DNA of 64,000 nt. Source: Elusimicrobia bacterium GWA2_61_42 (GTDB taxonomy: Bacteria; Elusimicrobiota; Elusimicrobia; Elusimicrobiales; UBA9959). The stretch spans positions 27,268-91,267 of the forward strand of contig MGTU01000021.1 of the NCBI GenBank assembly GCA_001799615.1, written 5' to 3'. Both the position numbers and the translations under genes were made by a program. A model generated the notes under the pieces. The model was not told the DNA's origin, searched no databases, and was given only the letters and a program-made list of their open reading frames with translations. Below are positions 1 through 9,280 of this stretch, one piece after another; the first letter of the stretch is position 1; each line of letters starts with the position of its first letter.

Positions 1-2
1 AC

Positions 3-1097
3 TACACCATCCCCGCGCTGTTTGCCGCTTTGGAAAAGGGCGAAACGGACCTTTCGGCGGTGCCCGGCCTGGCCTGGAAGCGCGGAGCGGAGATCGTGGT
101 GAACCCCCACCCGCAAAAAATAAATTTCGACCTGTTCCCCAACCCCGCGCGCGACCTGCTCCCGAACGACCTGTACGCGGAATTTCCGACGCGCCGCAAG
201 AATTTTACGGCCATGGTCACCTCGCTGGGCTGCCCTTTCAGCTGCTCTTTCTGCGAGGCGGGCGGCTGCGAGTACAACCCGCGTTCCCCGGCCACCGTGG
301 TGGCCGAAATGAAGGAATGCGTGCAGCGCCACGGAGTGCGCGAAATAGACATTTTCGACTACGAGTTTACCGGCGCCCGGCAGCGCGTGCTGGATATCTG
401 CGAAGGCATAAAAAAAGAAAGGCTGGACATAAACTGGGCCTGCCGCTCCCGCGTGGACACCGCCGATCCCGAATTGCTGAAAGCCATGTACTCGGCAGGC
501 TGCCGGCGCATCTATTGGGGCATAGAGAGCGGTTCGCAGGCCACCCTGGATTCGCTTAAAAAAGGCATAAAGCTGGAGCAGATAGTGGAGACCATGCGCG
601 CTTCCCGCCGCGCCGGGCTTGAGAACCTGGGTTTTTTCCTGGTAGGCGTCCCCGGCGAGACCAAAGAAACCGTGCGCCAGACAGTGGCGTTCGCCAAGAA
701 ACTGGACCTGGATTACGTGCAGTTCTCCAAACTGCTGGCCAAGCCTTTAACCCCGCTTTGGAAGGACATGGTGGCCGCTACCGGCAAGGATTACTGGAAA
801 GACTGGATACTGGGTAAAGAAATTGACCGCGAACTGCCCCGCCCCTGGCTGAAGGACCTGAACAACGCCGAAGTGGACGCGCTGGCCCGCTGGGCCTACA
901 TAAGCTACCACGCCCGGCCCCTTTTCCTGCTGCGCCATGCTCTCAAATGCCAGTCTTTGCCTGAATTCCTGAGAAAAACCTCCGCCTTCCTGGCCATGCT
1001 GTTCTCCAAAGGCGGGGGCCGCTTCCTGGCCTACCCGGAAAACATCTTTAAAGTCCTGCGGGGCCGGTTGAAGTGGAAGGCTGAAAATCGAGAATGA
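3..1097 (+). CDS. Radical SAM protein, B12-binding class (5'-truncated by window edge)
   Basis: CxxxCxxC motif GCPFSCSFCE, then FDYEF, WACRSRVD, GIESGS and GFFLVGVPGET typical of cobalamin-dependent radical SAM enzymes. The frame is open from nt 3 (YTIPALFAAL), upstream of the TTG called at 30. Confidence 0.85.
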   Translation, partial: YTIPALFAALEKGETDLSAVPGLAWKRGAEIVVNPHPQKINFDLFPNPARDLLPNDLYAEFPTRRKNFTAMVTSLGCPFSCSFCEAGGCEYNPRSPATVVAEMKECVQRHGVREIDIFDYEFTGARQRVLDICEGIKKERLDINWACRSRVDTADPELLKAMYSAGCRRIYWGIESGSQATLDSLKKGIKLEQIVETMRASRRAGLENLGFFLVGVPGETKETVRQTVAFAKKLDLDYVQFSKLLAKPLTPLWKDMVAATGKDYWKDWILGKEIDRELPRPWLKDLNNAEVDALARWAYISYHARPLFLLRHALKCQSLPEFLRKTSAFLAMLFSKGGGRFLAYPENIFKVLRGRLKWKAENRE

Positions 1098-3550
1098 AAA
1101 TAGTCTTCGCATATAAAGGGCGGTACTGGGTACGCGACACGCGCACCCTGGAGATCCTCTCCGCCATGGCCAAAGCCGCCGGTCATGAGACCTGCCTTGC
1201 CTACGACCCTGATCTCTTCGGCGTTTCGGACAACGTGCTCAGCCTGCCCCGGCTCAACCGCCTGCTGTTCAACCCCGAAGCCGCCGTCAGGAAGGCCGCC
1301 GCCTCGGGCGCCGACTGGGTAGTGCTGCTGGAAAACCTGACCAACCGTTCCTGGCTGGAAAATTTCATAAAAACCCTGAGTTCTTCCGCCTTTAAAGGAA
1401 AAACCACGGTGATCTCCTATCGAGGCGAGGCCTCCTATCGAGGCCTCGCCTCGATAGAGCTGTTGGGGGAGCCGGAGAGGGGGTTTGGGGAGTTTTTAAA
1501 GGCGCTGAAGGGGGCTGTGCCTGAAATAATAAAGGCGGAGGGGCTGGCCGACCTGGACGGCCTGCCGCTGCCCGACCTGGACCTGTTCTCGCCGTACGAG
1601 AATTTCAGTCTTAGCTACATGGCCTACGCGGGCAAAGGCTGCTCGGGCGCGTGCTCTTATTGTGAAGAGCCGTTTTACAGGCAGGCCTACGGCGCAGGCT
1701 ACGCGCGGCTGCGCCGGCCGGCGCGGGTAGCGGAAGAGCTGTCCCTGGTTAAAAAGCGGTTCAAGACCAGGGAGATAACGTTTAAAGATTCCGTTTTTAC
1801 CGCGGATAAAGCCTGGCTGCGGGAGTTCCTGCCGTTCTACAAAGCCGCGGTAGGGCTGCCTTTTAAATGTTTCGGCCGGCCGGACGCTTTCGACGCCGAA
1901 ACCGCCGCCATGCTGAAAGAGGCCGGTTGCTACTGCGTGGAATTCGGCCTGCAGACCTTTAATAAAAAACTGCGCTCCGCCGTGCTCAAGCGGCCGGAAA
2001 GCCTCGAGGCCGTAAAAAAAGCTTTCGCCGCCTGCGGCGCCGCCGGCCTGCCCTATGACGCCGACTATATTTTCGGCCTGCCTGGCGAAACTGAGGCCGA
2101 TCACCTCGAGGCCGCGCTTGAATTTTCCAGGCTCAAAGGCCTGAACCGCATCAAATGCCATAACCTGGTCTACTATAAAGGCCTGGGCATAACCGATTAC
2201 GCCCTGAAGGAAGGCCTGGCGGATGAAAATGCGCTGTCCGGGGGGGATTTTTTCAGCGGCGACCGTTCCGCTCCCGCCATGCGCCCGGCGAACGCGGCTT
2301 TTTGCAGGCTATTTAAACTTTACGGCCTGCTGGGCAGCGCGGTCACGGGGTTTGCCGCCAATTCCGGGCTGTGGCGCGCTTTCCGTTTTATTCCCGGTCC
2401 GCTGCTCAAACCCCTGGAACTGCTGTCCGGTCTGCTGCGCGGCGACCGCCGTTTCCTGGTATACCTGCGGGCCTACCCGGCAAGGATATTCTTTAATACC
2501 GGGAGCCGTCCTGCCGTTTTTTCGGGCGGAAACCGGGCTTTTTTACACAAAACCATGGCCGTAATCTTGTCGGTGCTGGCGGCCCTAGCCCTTGCGGAGC
2601 TCGGCCTGCGGCTGGCCGGTCCGGGACCGCGCAGGTTCAACGACAGCATGCGGTATTATTCCAATCCACGCGGCTATTATGAACCGGTGGCCGTGGACGG
2701 GGTCAGAACGGTTTACGGCCTTCACTACAATATGACCAAAGAAGGTTTCCGGCTGCCGGACGGCGTGGCCGGCTGGAGCGCCGTACGCGATGTCCGTCCT
2801 GCCGAGATACTGCTGCTGGGCGATTCTTTTACTTTCGGCCGCGGGGTGCGCTACTCCGACACTTATGCCGCCAGGCTTGAGAAAATACTGGCTTCCCGGC
2901 GGCCCGCATGGCGGGTCCGCAATGCGGGGGCGGTAGGGCTCAACGTGGGGGAAATAGGGCGCGTCTATGCGCATGAAGCCTCCGGCCGGAAATATAAACT
3001 GGCGATATATGGTTTTGTGCTCAACGATTTCGGCCTTGAGGTCGAAGGCGGCCGGGCCGGGTCGGATTTCATAGACCAGAATAACGCGGCGCCGGCCGCC
3101 CGCGGCCTGCGCGCCTATTCCGCGCTGCTGGACCTTTTTTTCAGGGCCGCAGACCGGCGGCGGCTGACCAGGCAGACGGTAAAAGCGTACCAGGAGGCCT
3201 TCCTGGGGCCCGGGGCCGAGGCGAAATACGCCGTTCTGAGGCGCCTTAACGCCAGGGTAAAGGCGGACGGCGGAAAACTAGTGATCATGGTGTTCCCGCT
3301 GATCTATAATTTCAGCGATTATCCGTTCAGGGAGATACACGCTTCGCTGCTGGCTTTTTGCGGCAGGGAGGGCATAGCCTGCCTGGACCTGCTGCCGGCC
3401 TTTTCCCGCTACCGGGACAGGGACCTGTGGGCCGCCCCCACCGACCAGCATCCCAATGAGATCGCCCACCGCCTGGCGGCTGAAAGCCTGGCGGAATTCC
3501 TTGACGCCAACTCATTGGGGCCGCAGCGCCTTTCCCCGGAGCGTATTTAA
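1094..3550 (+). CDS. B12-type radical SAM domain fused to TM helix and SGNH/GDSL hydrolase domain
   Basis: GCSGACSYCE cluster motif, FGLQT and YIFGLPGET; TM segment MAVILSVLAALALAELGLRL; SGNH blocks LGDSFTFG, NAGAVG, FVLND and DQHPN. ATG overlaps the upstream stop (ATGA). Confidence 0.8.
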   Translation: MKIVFAYKGRYWVRDTRTLEILSAMAKAAGHETCLAYDPDLFGVSDNVLSLPRLNRLLFNPEAAVRKAAASGADWVVLLENLTNRSWLENFIKTLSSSAFKGKTTVISYRGEASYRGLASIELLGEPERGFGEFLKALKGAVPEIIKAEGLADLDGLPLPDLDLFSPYENFSLSYMAYAGKGCSGACSYCEEPFYRQAYGAGYARLRRPARVAEELSLVKKRFKTREITFKDSVFTADKAWLREFLPFYKAAVGLPFKCFGRPDAFDAETAAMLKEAGCYCVEFGLQTFNKKLRSAVLKRPESLEAVKKAFAACGAAGLPYDADYIFGLPGETEADHLEAALEFSRLKGLNRIKCHNLVYYKGLGITDYALKEGLADENALSGGDFFSGDRSAPAMRPANAAFCRLFKLYGLLGSAVTGFAANSGLWRAFRFIPGPLLKPLELLSGLLRGDRRFLVYLRAYPARIFFNTGSRPAVFSGGNRAFLHKTMAVILSVLAALALAELGLRLAGPGPRRFNDSMRYYSNPRGYYEPVAVDGVRTVYGLHYNMTKEGFRLPDGVAGWSAVRDVRPAEILLLGDSFTFGRGVRYSDTYAARLEKILASRRPAWRVRNAGAVGLNVGEIGRVYAHEASGRKYKLAIYGFVLNDFGLEVEGGRAGSDFIDQNNAAPAARGLRAYSALLDLFFRAADRRRLTRQTVKAYQEAFLGPGAEAKYAVLRRLNARVKADGGKLVIMVFPLIYNFSDYPFREIHASLLAFCGREGIACLDLLPAFSRYRDRDLWAAPTDQHPNEIAHRLAAESLAEFLDANSLGPQRLSPERI

Positions 3551-3551
3551 C

Positions 3552-5240
3552 ATGACGGGGCGGGTAAGAATTATACAAGCGCACCCGCTGCTTACGGCCG
3601 CGTTCTTTGTTTTCTTCGCCGTCTACGCCGGCTCTCTGAACAATGGTTTTCACCGCGACGACTTCCCGCATATAGTGAGCAACGCGTTCATCAGGGACCT
3701 TTCCTCTTTGCCTAAACTGGCCTCAAGGGATTATTTCCAGCTTAACGGTTCCGTGGCCTACAGGCCCGCGGTTGCCGCCGTCCGCTGCCTGGAGTACAAG
3801 GTTTTCGGGCTGAACCCGGTGCTATGGCGCCTTTTCAACCTGCTGCTCCATGCCGTTAACGCCGCCCTGCTCTGCTGGATCTTCCTGCGGGTTTCCGGGC
3901 TGCCGGCCGCCGCGGCGGCGGGGGCGGCGCTGTTCCTTCTTCACCCGGCCCACACGGAAACGCTGAATTATGTCTCTAACGGGCAATGCGACCTGCTCTG
4001 CCTGTTCTTCCTTTGTGTCTCTTTTATGGCTTATTTAAAAGAGAGTAGGCCGGTATCATTATCTTTATTCTGCCTGGCGCTGCTTTCAAAGGAAATGGCC
4101 GCCGCTTTCCCTTTAATACTGGCCGTTTATGCCTGGTTTTACGGAGACCTGCGAAAAAAGTGGGAAGTTCCGGCCTGCGGCGCGGCGCTGGCGCTGCTTT
4201 TTATCATTTGGCGGCTGGTCTATTTTAAGGCCGGCCCCGGTTTTATAGATAATGTGCAGGCCGAGGCCGCTTTTGGTTTTTCAGCGGGCGGGCTGGCTTC
4301 AGCGGCGGGCAGGTTCCCGCTTTTGATCGTTTACTACCTGAAGCTGCTGCTTTGGCCCTCCGTCCTCAGCGTAGAGCTGGACCGTCTGCTGCCGGAGGCG
4401 GGGTTTTTTTCCGGGTTGAACCTGACTTTGGCCTGGCTGCTGGCCGCAAGCCTGGCCGCCGCGGCGTTCTTTTACCGCAGGAACAGGGCTTACGTTATTT
4501 TGTTTATCTGTTTTGCCCTGGCACTGCTGCCCGTAGCCGGCCTGGCGCCGCTTACCAGCCTGGTGCAGGAGCATTTTGTCTATATCCCGTCCGTCTTTTT
4601 CTGCTTTTCAGCCGGGCTGGTCTTCGCGAAAGCCGGTGAGGGAAAATGGCGTACGGCCGCTATTGCCGCGGCCTGCCTGGTGCTGGCGCTTTCGGCCGGC
4701 AGGATATGGGCCCGGAACGCCGACTGGAAGACCCCGCTGGCCCTGGCCCAAAGCGATCTCAGGAACTTTCCCGGATCCGGCACGGCGCTGTTAAACCTGG
4801 CCCTGCAGAAAAGGGCGGCTGGCGACCAGGACGGCGCCCTGGCCTTGTGCAGCGAAGCGGCAGAGAAAGGGGCGGCGGGAGGGGAAGTCTATTTCCTGAT
4901 GGCCGAGCTCTACCTGCGCGGAGGGGCCGCGGACAAGGCTGTGCGGGCCGCGCGGCTGGGGCTTGAAAAAGATCCTCAAAAACCTGACGCCCTGGTGAAC
5001 GCGGCCAGGGTCTACGCCGGGGCCGGACTGCTGCCGGAGGCCCTGAAAACGGCCAGGGAAGCGGCGCGCAGGTTCCCTTATTTTGAGCCGGCTTTCAGCG
5101 CGCTGGGTGAAATACTGCTGCTTAAAAAAGAGCCGCTGGAGGCCCGGGCAATGTTCGCGGAGGCGGTCAGGCTGAACAGCCGTTCCCCGGCAGCGCGCAG
5201 GCTGGAAGAACTTGACCGCGCGGCTGCCGGCGCGCGCTGA
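3552..5240 (+). CDS. TMTC-like GT-C glycosyltransferase with C-terminal TPRs (copy 1)
   Basis: FHRDD acidic motif, YRP, LHPAHTE and LLSKEMA, many TM helices, W-x6-LA followed by TPRs. ATG 3552 follows the upstream stop and is preferred over the ORF-track start at 3456. Confidence 0.8.
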   Translation: MTGRVRIIQAHPLLTAAFFVFFAVYAGSLNNGFHRDDFPHIVSNAFIRDLSSLPKLASRDYFQLNGSVAYRPAVAAVRCLEYKVFGLNPVLWRLFNLLLHAVNAALLCWIFLRVSGLPAAAAAGAALFLLHPAHTETLNYVSNGQCDLLCLFFLCVSFMAYLKESRPVSLSLFCLALLSKEMAAAFPLILAVYAWFYGDLRKKWEVPACGAALALLFIIWRLVYFKAGPGFIDNVQAEAAFGFSAGGLASAAGRFPLLIVYYLKLLLWPSVLSVELDRLLPEAGFFSGLNLTLAWLLAASLAAAAFFYRRNRAYVILFICFALALLPVAGLAPLTSLVQEHFVYIPSVFFCFSAGLVFAKAGEGKWRTAAIAAACLVLALSAGRIWARNADWKTPLALAQSDLRNFPGSGTALLNLALQKRAAGDQDGALALCSEAAEKGAAGGEVYFLMAELYLRGGAADKAVRAARLGLEKDPQKPDALVNAARVYAGAGLLPEALKTAREAARRFPYFEPAFSALGEILLLKKEPLEARAMFAEAVRLNSRSPAARRLEELDRAAAGAR

Positions 5241-5266
5241 TATTTAATACAATCATTTAAGTAAAT

Positions 5267-7192
5267 ATGAAAAACCGGTATATTCTGCTGGCCGTCCTGT
5301 CCGCGCTGCTCTACCTGCCTTCCGTCTTCGGCGGGTTCATGTGGGACGACGAGGACATAATCACCGGCGACTACGTGGTGCACAGCGCGGCCAACGCCGG
5401 CAAAGTGTTCACCCCGGAATACTGGAAAAGGGATTTCCCCGGGGCCGAAAGCCGCTACCGGCCCATGCGCTCGCTGCTCCTGATGGGCGAATGGAAAGTT
5501 TTCGGCCGGAATCCCGCCGGCTATCACGCGGTAAATATCGCGCTGAACGCCGCGGCCGCCTGCCTGGCGCTCTGGCTGTCCTTCCTGCTGTTCAAGGACC
5601 CGGACAAAGCCTTCATTTCCGCCCTTATCTTCGCGCTGCATCCGGCGCACGTGGAATCAGTGGCGTGGCTGAAGAACGTTACCGATATCCTGATGTTCAT
5701 TTTTGCGGCCCTGGCGGCCGGCTTCTTTATAAAGGGGGCCGAGGAAGGGGAAAAAAAGCCGCTTAAGCTGGCGGCGGCTTTGGGGTTCTTCATACTGGCT
5801 CTGACAGCCAAAGAGAACGCCGTAATGCTGCCGGCGCTGCTCTTCAGCTGGCTTGTGCTTTTAAGCGGCTTCAGCCTTAAAGACGCTTTTAAGAAAACGG
5901 CGCTTATATGGGTTCTGGGGGCGGGTTTCCTGTTTTTTGCCGTTTATTTCCTGCGCCGTTCACCGGCAATGCCGGCTTTTGAATTCAAGAATACGCTGCT
6001 GGCTTTGGCGCAGTATTCCAGGCTGCTCTTTCTGCCTTTCGACCTGAACGCCGACAGGGGCCTGGTGACCCTGTTTGACGCGGCCGGGCCGCTGCTGCTG
6101 GCGGGCCTGCTGTCTTATGCCCTGCGCGCCAGGGACAAGGCCGCGCTTTACCCGGTGATCTGGATGCTCCTGTGCCTTTTGCCTTTCCTGGACACGCGTT
6201 TTGTGACCGGAAGACCCATAGCGGAGCAGCGGTTGTATATGGCTACCCTGGGGCTTGGTTTCGCCTGCGGGGCCCTGTACAGGCCCGAAAGGCTCAGACA
6301 GTATTCTTTCGCCGTTTTGGCCCTGGTTTTCGGTGGCTTTTCCCTGGCCAGGAATTTCGACTGGATAGACCCGGTACGGTTCTGGGAAAATACCGTAAAA
6401 GCCTCGCCGGCTTCGGCCCGCGCCCGCAGCAACCTGGGGGTTTCCTACGAACGCGCGCGCCGGTTCAGCGACGCCGCCAAACAATATGAGATAGCTGTGA
6501 ACCTGGCGCCCCAGGAAGGGGCTCCCTACCTCAATATGGCGGACCTGCTTTACAAGGCAGGCCGCTTCAAAGAGGCCGAAGGCATCTATGCCCAGGTCTA
6601 CGCCAGAAAACCGGACAGCACCAGGGCGGCGCTGGGGCTTATGCGGCTAAAGCTGGATTCGGGCAGATCGGAAGAAGCGCTGGCGCTGGGAGAGGCGCTG
6701 CTGCTTGCCGACCCCCGGAACATAGAGGCGGTAAATTCCATGGGAGTGGTTTATACGGCGCTGGGACGTGAAGTCGACGCCCGCGCGGCCTTTGAGCGGG
6801 CCATAGCCGCCAACCCGGAATACGCCGACGCCTATTATAACCTGGCAGGCCTTTTCCACGGGGCAGGCAAGACGGATCAGGCCGCGCGCGCCTACGAGGA
6901 AGTGCTGAAGGTACAGCCGGCCCACCCGGACGCCCTCAATAACCTGGCAATATTAAGCGACCTGGCCGGTAACGAAGCGCGGGCCATAGAACTTTTCAAA
7001 AGGGCGGAAGCCGCGGCCCCCGGTTTTTACCAGGCCTCTTATAACTTGGGCTGGATCTATTACCGAAAAAAGATGTACCTTGAGGCGCTTTCGCAGTTTA
7101 CCAGGGTGCTGGCCGCCAATCCCGGCCACGCCCATGCCCAGAAAAAAGCCGACGAGATCCGGAAACTAATGAATGAAGATCACGGAAAATAA
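5267..7192 (+). CDS. TMTC-like GT-C glycosyltransferase with C-terminal TPRs (copy 2)
   Basis: FMWDD, YRPMR, LHPAHVESVAW, LTAKENA and AEQRLY motifs, followed by about 7 TPRs. Confidence 0.85.
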   Translation: MKNRYILLAVLSALLYLPSVFGGFMWDDEDIITGDYVVHSAANAGKVFTPEYWKRDFPGAESRYRPMRSLLLMGEWKVFGRNPAGYHAVNIALNAAAACLALWLSFLLFKDPDKAFISALIFALHPAHVESVAWLKNVTDILMFIFAALAAGFFIKGAEEGEKKPLKLAAALGFFILALTAKENAVMLPALLFSWLVLLSGFSLKDAFKKTALIWVLGAGFLFFAVYFLRRSPAMPAFEFKNTLLALAQYSRLLFLPFDLNADRGLVTLFDAAGPLLLAGLLSYALRARDKAALYPVIWMLLCLLPFLDTRFVTGRPIAEQRLYMATLGLGFACGALYRPERLRQYSFAVLALVFGGFSLARNFDWIDPVRFWENTVKASPASARARSNLGVSYERARRFSDAAKQYEIAVNLAPQEGAPYLNMADLLYKAGRFKEAEGIYAQVYARKPDSTRAALGLMRLKLDSGRSEEALALGEALLLADPRNIEAVNSMGVVYTALGREVDARAAFERAIAANPEYADAYYNLAGLFHGAGKTDQAARAYEEVLKVQPAHPDALNNLAILSDLAGNEARAIELFKRAEAAAPGFYQASYNLGWIYYRKKMYLEALSQFTRVLAANPGHAHAQKKADEIRKLMNEDHGK

Positions 7193-8972
7193 AGTTCTGT
7201 GCGCGGCTCTGGTCTTCCTGGCCGCCTTTTTCGCTTACGCCAACTCTGTAAATCCCACTTTTCATTGGGAGGACGAGTATCTGGTCAGGGACAATGTGCA
7301 TATAAGGCGGCTGACCAACCTGCCCGCCTTTTTCCGCCCCGGCTATATAAACGTGTATGAATCCGGGGCGGGCCACAGGTACAGGCCGCTGCGCACGGTA
7401 ACGCTGGCGCTGGATTACGCGCTCTGGAAGGGGGACCCGCGCGGCTACCACCTCAGCAACGTGCTGCTGAACTGCGGCGCGGCGCTGATGTTCTGGCTTT
7501 TCTGCCTGGCCCTGACCGGCAACGGGCTGCTGGCGCTGCTGGCCGGGCTGCTGTTCGCGCTGCACCCGGCCCACGCGGAGTCCGTGGCCTGGGTTAAGAA
7601 CCGTTCCGACATACTTTGCGCGCTGTTCTACTTCGCCTCGGCCGCGGCTTTCGCTTTTTATGCCCGGCACGGCAAAAAAACCGCGCTGGCCGCCTCGGTC
7701 CTGCTGGCGGCGCCGGCTTTCCTGGCCAAGGAAATGGCCCTTACCCTGCCTTTTGCGCTGGCCCTGGCGCTGGTCTACTCCAACCTGGAGGCCGGCAAGG
7801 ACTGGAAGGAAAAATGGGAGGCTCTTGTGCCGTTCTTCGCCTTGCTGGCCGCCTATGTGGTTTTCAGGGAAACCGCCATGGCCGGCGGCCCGGCCGCGAT
7901 CGGCGCGGGGGCGGCCCCGCTGGCGCGCGCGCAGCTGCTGGCCGTGACGGCCGGGGAATACCTGAAGACGCTGCTGTGGCCGGTCACGCTTTCAATAGAC
8001 AGGGCGCTGCCGTCCGGAGGCGCCGCGGCGCTGCAATACGGCCTGGCGGCCGTTTTTATTGCCGGGGTTCCCGGCCTGTGGTTCTCTGGCCGGCGCAGGG
8101 GCGCCTTCTGGCTGCTGCTTTTCTGGGTGCTGTACGTGCCAATCTCCAACCTGGTGCTTATAGAGGGGCGGCCTTTCGCGGAGCAGCGCCTTTACCTGCC
8201 TTCGGCCGCTTTCTGCGCCTTTATAGCCTGGGCGCTGACCGAGCTGCCCCGGCCCGGCTCCCGCCTGGCGCGTGCCTCCCTCGGTTTCGCCTTGGCGTTG
8301 GGCCTTTTCTGGGGCGCCAGGGGGGCTTACCGCAACCTGGACTGGAAGAGCGAGGTCGGGTTGTGGCAGAAGACGGCGGCCTCAAGCCCGTCGGCGCGCG
8401 TTTACAATAACCTGGCCGTGGCGCTGCTGAGGGAGAACCGCTATGAAGAGGGCATCAGGAACGCGCAGGAGAGCCTGCGCCTGGACCCGGCTTTTGTGGA
8501 CGCGTGGAATACGCTGGGCGCTGGCTACCATGATCTGAAACTGTATGACAGGAGCATTTCGGCTTTTGAAAAGGCCGTTTATTTCTCCGACGGGCGGGCC
8601 TATAAGTCGGTGATGAACCTGGCCGCGCTGTACAGCCTGAAAGGGCGCTGGCAGGAGGCGCTGGCCGCCTATCAAAGCGTGCTGAAGACGGCCCCCTGGA
8701 TGGACGCCGCCTACTATAACATGGGCCTGGCGCTGGCCCAGCAGAAGCGGCCGGACGAGGCTTTGCGCGCCTTCTCAGAGGCTTTGGCGCTGAACCCCTA
8801 CAATGCGCAGGCTTACCTGATGATGGGCCGCATCCTGGACGAGAAAGGAGATAGAGCCGGCGCCGCGCGGGTCTATGCCGACCTGCTCAGGATAGAGCCG
8901 GGCAACCAGCAGGCCTCGGCGTACCTTCAGGCTAACCCGCCAGGCATTGACTCGTCAAGGGCAACCCCTTGA
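7173..8972 (+). CDS. TMTC-like GT-C glycosyltransferase with C-terminal TPRs (copy 3)
   Basis: FHWED, YRPLR, LHPAHAESVAWVKNR, LAKEMA and FAEQRLYLPS motifs, followed by TPRs. Its stop codon lies inside the -35 hexamer of the next promoter. Confidence 0.85.
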   Translation: MKITENKVLCAALVFLAAFFAYANSVNPTFHWEDEYLVRDNVHIRRLTNLPAFFRPGYINVYESGAGHRYRPLRTVTLALDYALWKGDPRGYHLSNVLLNCGAALMFWLFCLALTGNGLLALLAGLLFALHPAHAESVAWVKNRSDILCALFYFASAAAFAFYARHGKKTALAASVLLAAPAFLAKEMALTLPFALALALVYSNLEAGKDWKEKWEALVPFFALLAAYVVFRETAMAGGPAAIGAGAAPLARAQLLAVTAGEYLKTLLWPVTLSIDRALPSGGAAALQYGLAAVFIAGVPGLWFSGRRRGAFWLLLFWVLYVPISNLVLIEGRPFAEQRLYLPSAAFCAFIAWALTELPRPGSRLARASLGFALALGLFWGARGAYRNLDWKSEVGLWQKTAASSPSARVYNNLAVALLRENRYEEGIRNAQESLRLDPAFVDAWNTLGAGYHDLKLYDRSISAFEKAVYFSDGRAYKSVMNLAALYSLKGRWQEALAAYQSVLKTAPWMDAAYYNMGLALAQQKRPDEALRAFSEALALNPYNAQAYLMMGRILDEKGDRAGAARVYADLLRIEPGNQQASAYLQANPPGIDSSRATP

Positions 8973-8996
8973 CAAAGCCGGATCTTCTGCTATAAT
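8947..8996 (+). promoter_or_regulatory. Sigma70 promoter with upstream palindromic operator (copy 1)
   Basis: TTGACA 8969-8974, 16-nt spacer, TGc-TATAAT 8991-8996. Upstream TTGAC-tc-GTCAA (8947-8958) and inverted repeat GTCAAGGG-caac-CCCTTGAC (8954-8973). Confidence 0.8.
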
Positions 8997-9007
8997 ATGA
9001 TTGCAGC

Positions 9008-9165
9008 GCGGTGTGGTTGCGGTGCGGTAGTGTTTGGTTGCGGTGCGGTTGCGGTGCCCCGCTCTTTTGGCGCAGCGTAGTGCGGCGTAGTGCGGTTAAG
9101 TTGCGGTCGCAGACAGACTCGGTGCGGTGTAGGCTGCGCGGTGCAGGTTGGTGACAGCGTGCGGT
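9008..9165 (+). repeat. G/T-rich degenerate (T)GCGGT pentamer array in the 5' leader
   Basis: About 11 GCGGT copies counted by eye, e.g. at 9008, 9019, 9024, 9040, 9045, 9051, 9092, 9103, 9124, 9138 and 9161. Strongly strand-biased and A-poor. Confidence 0.8.
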
Positions 9166-9187
9166 GTTTGTCCCAAAAGAGCGGGGC
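9056..9187. repeat. Perfect 15-bp inverted repeat enclosing 102 nt
   Basis: GCCCCGCTCTTTTGG (9056-9070) and CCAAAAGAGCGGGGC (9173-9187). Confidence 0.9.
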
Positions 9188-9198
9188 GTTTCTTTAAG

Positions 9199-9277
9199 TA
9201 TCCGACAATAGCAAAGCCGGCCAAAGCCGGCGGCGCAAAGCCGAGGGCCCAAGGGGGTTGCCTGGCTGCCGAAGATC
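9199..9277 (+). ncRNA. GEMM-I (c-di-GMP-I class) riboswitch aptamer, A20 variant (candidate 3',3'-cGAMP sensor), copy 1
   Basis: CGACAAT-A-GCAAA, P2 GCCGGC-caaa-GCCGGC, GGCGCAAAGCC junction, P3, and 3' GGCTGCCGAA, matching GEMM-I core motifs. The base equivalent to Vc2 position 20 is A9210. Confidence 0.88.
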
Positions 9278-9280
9278 AAT

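Noticed and set aside
9008-9165. CRISPR array
   Set aside because: The repeats are 5-6 nt and irregular, with no repeat-spacer structure and no cas genes.
9056-9187. MITE interpretation of the 15-bp inverted repeat
   Set aside because: No convincing target-site duplication (only GT), the GCGGT array continues outside the left arm, and there is no transposase in the window.
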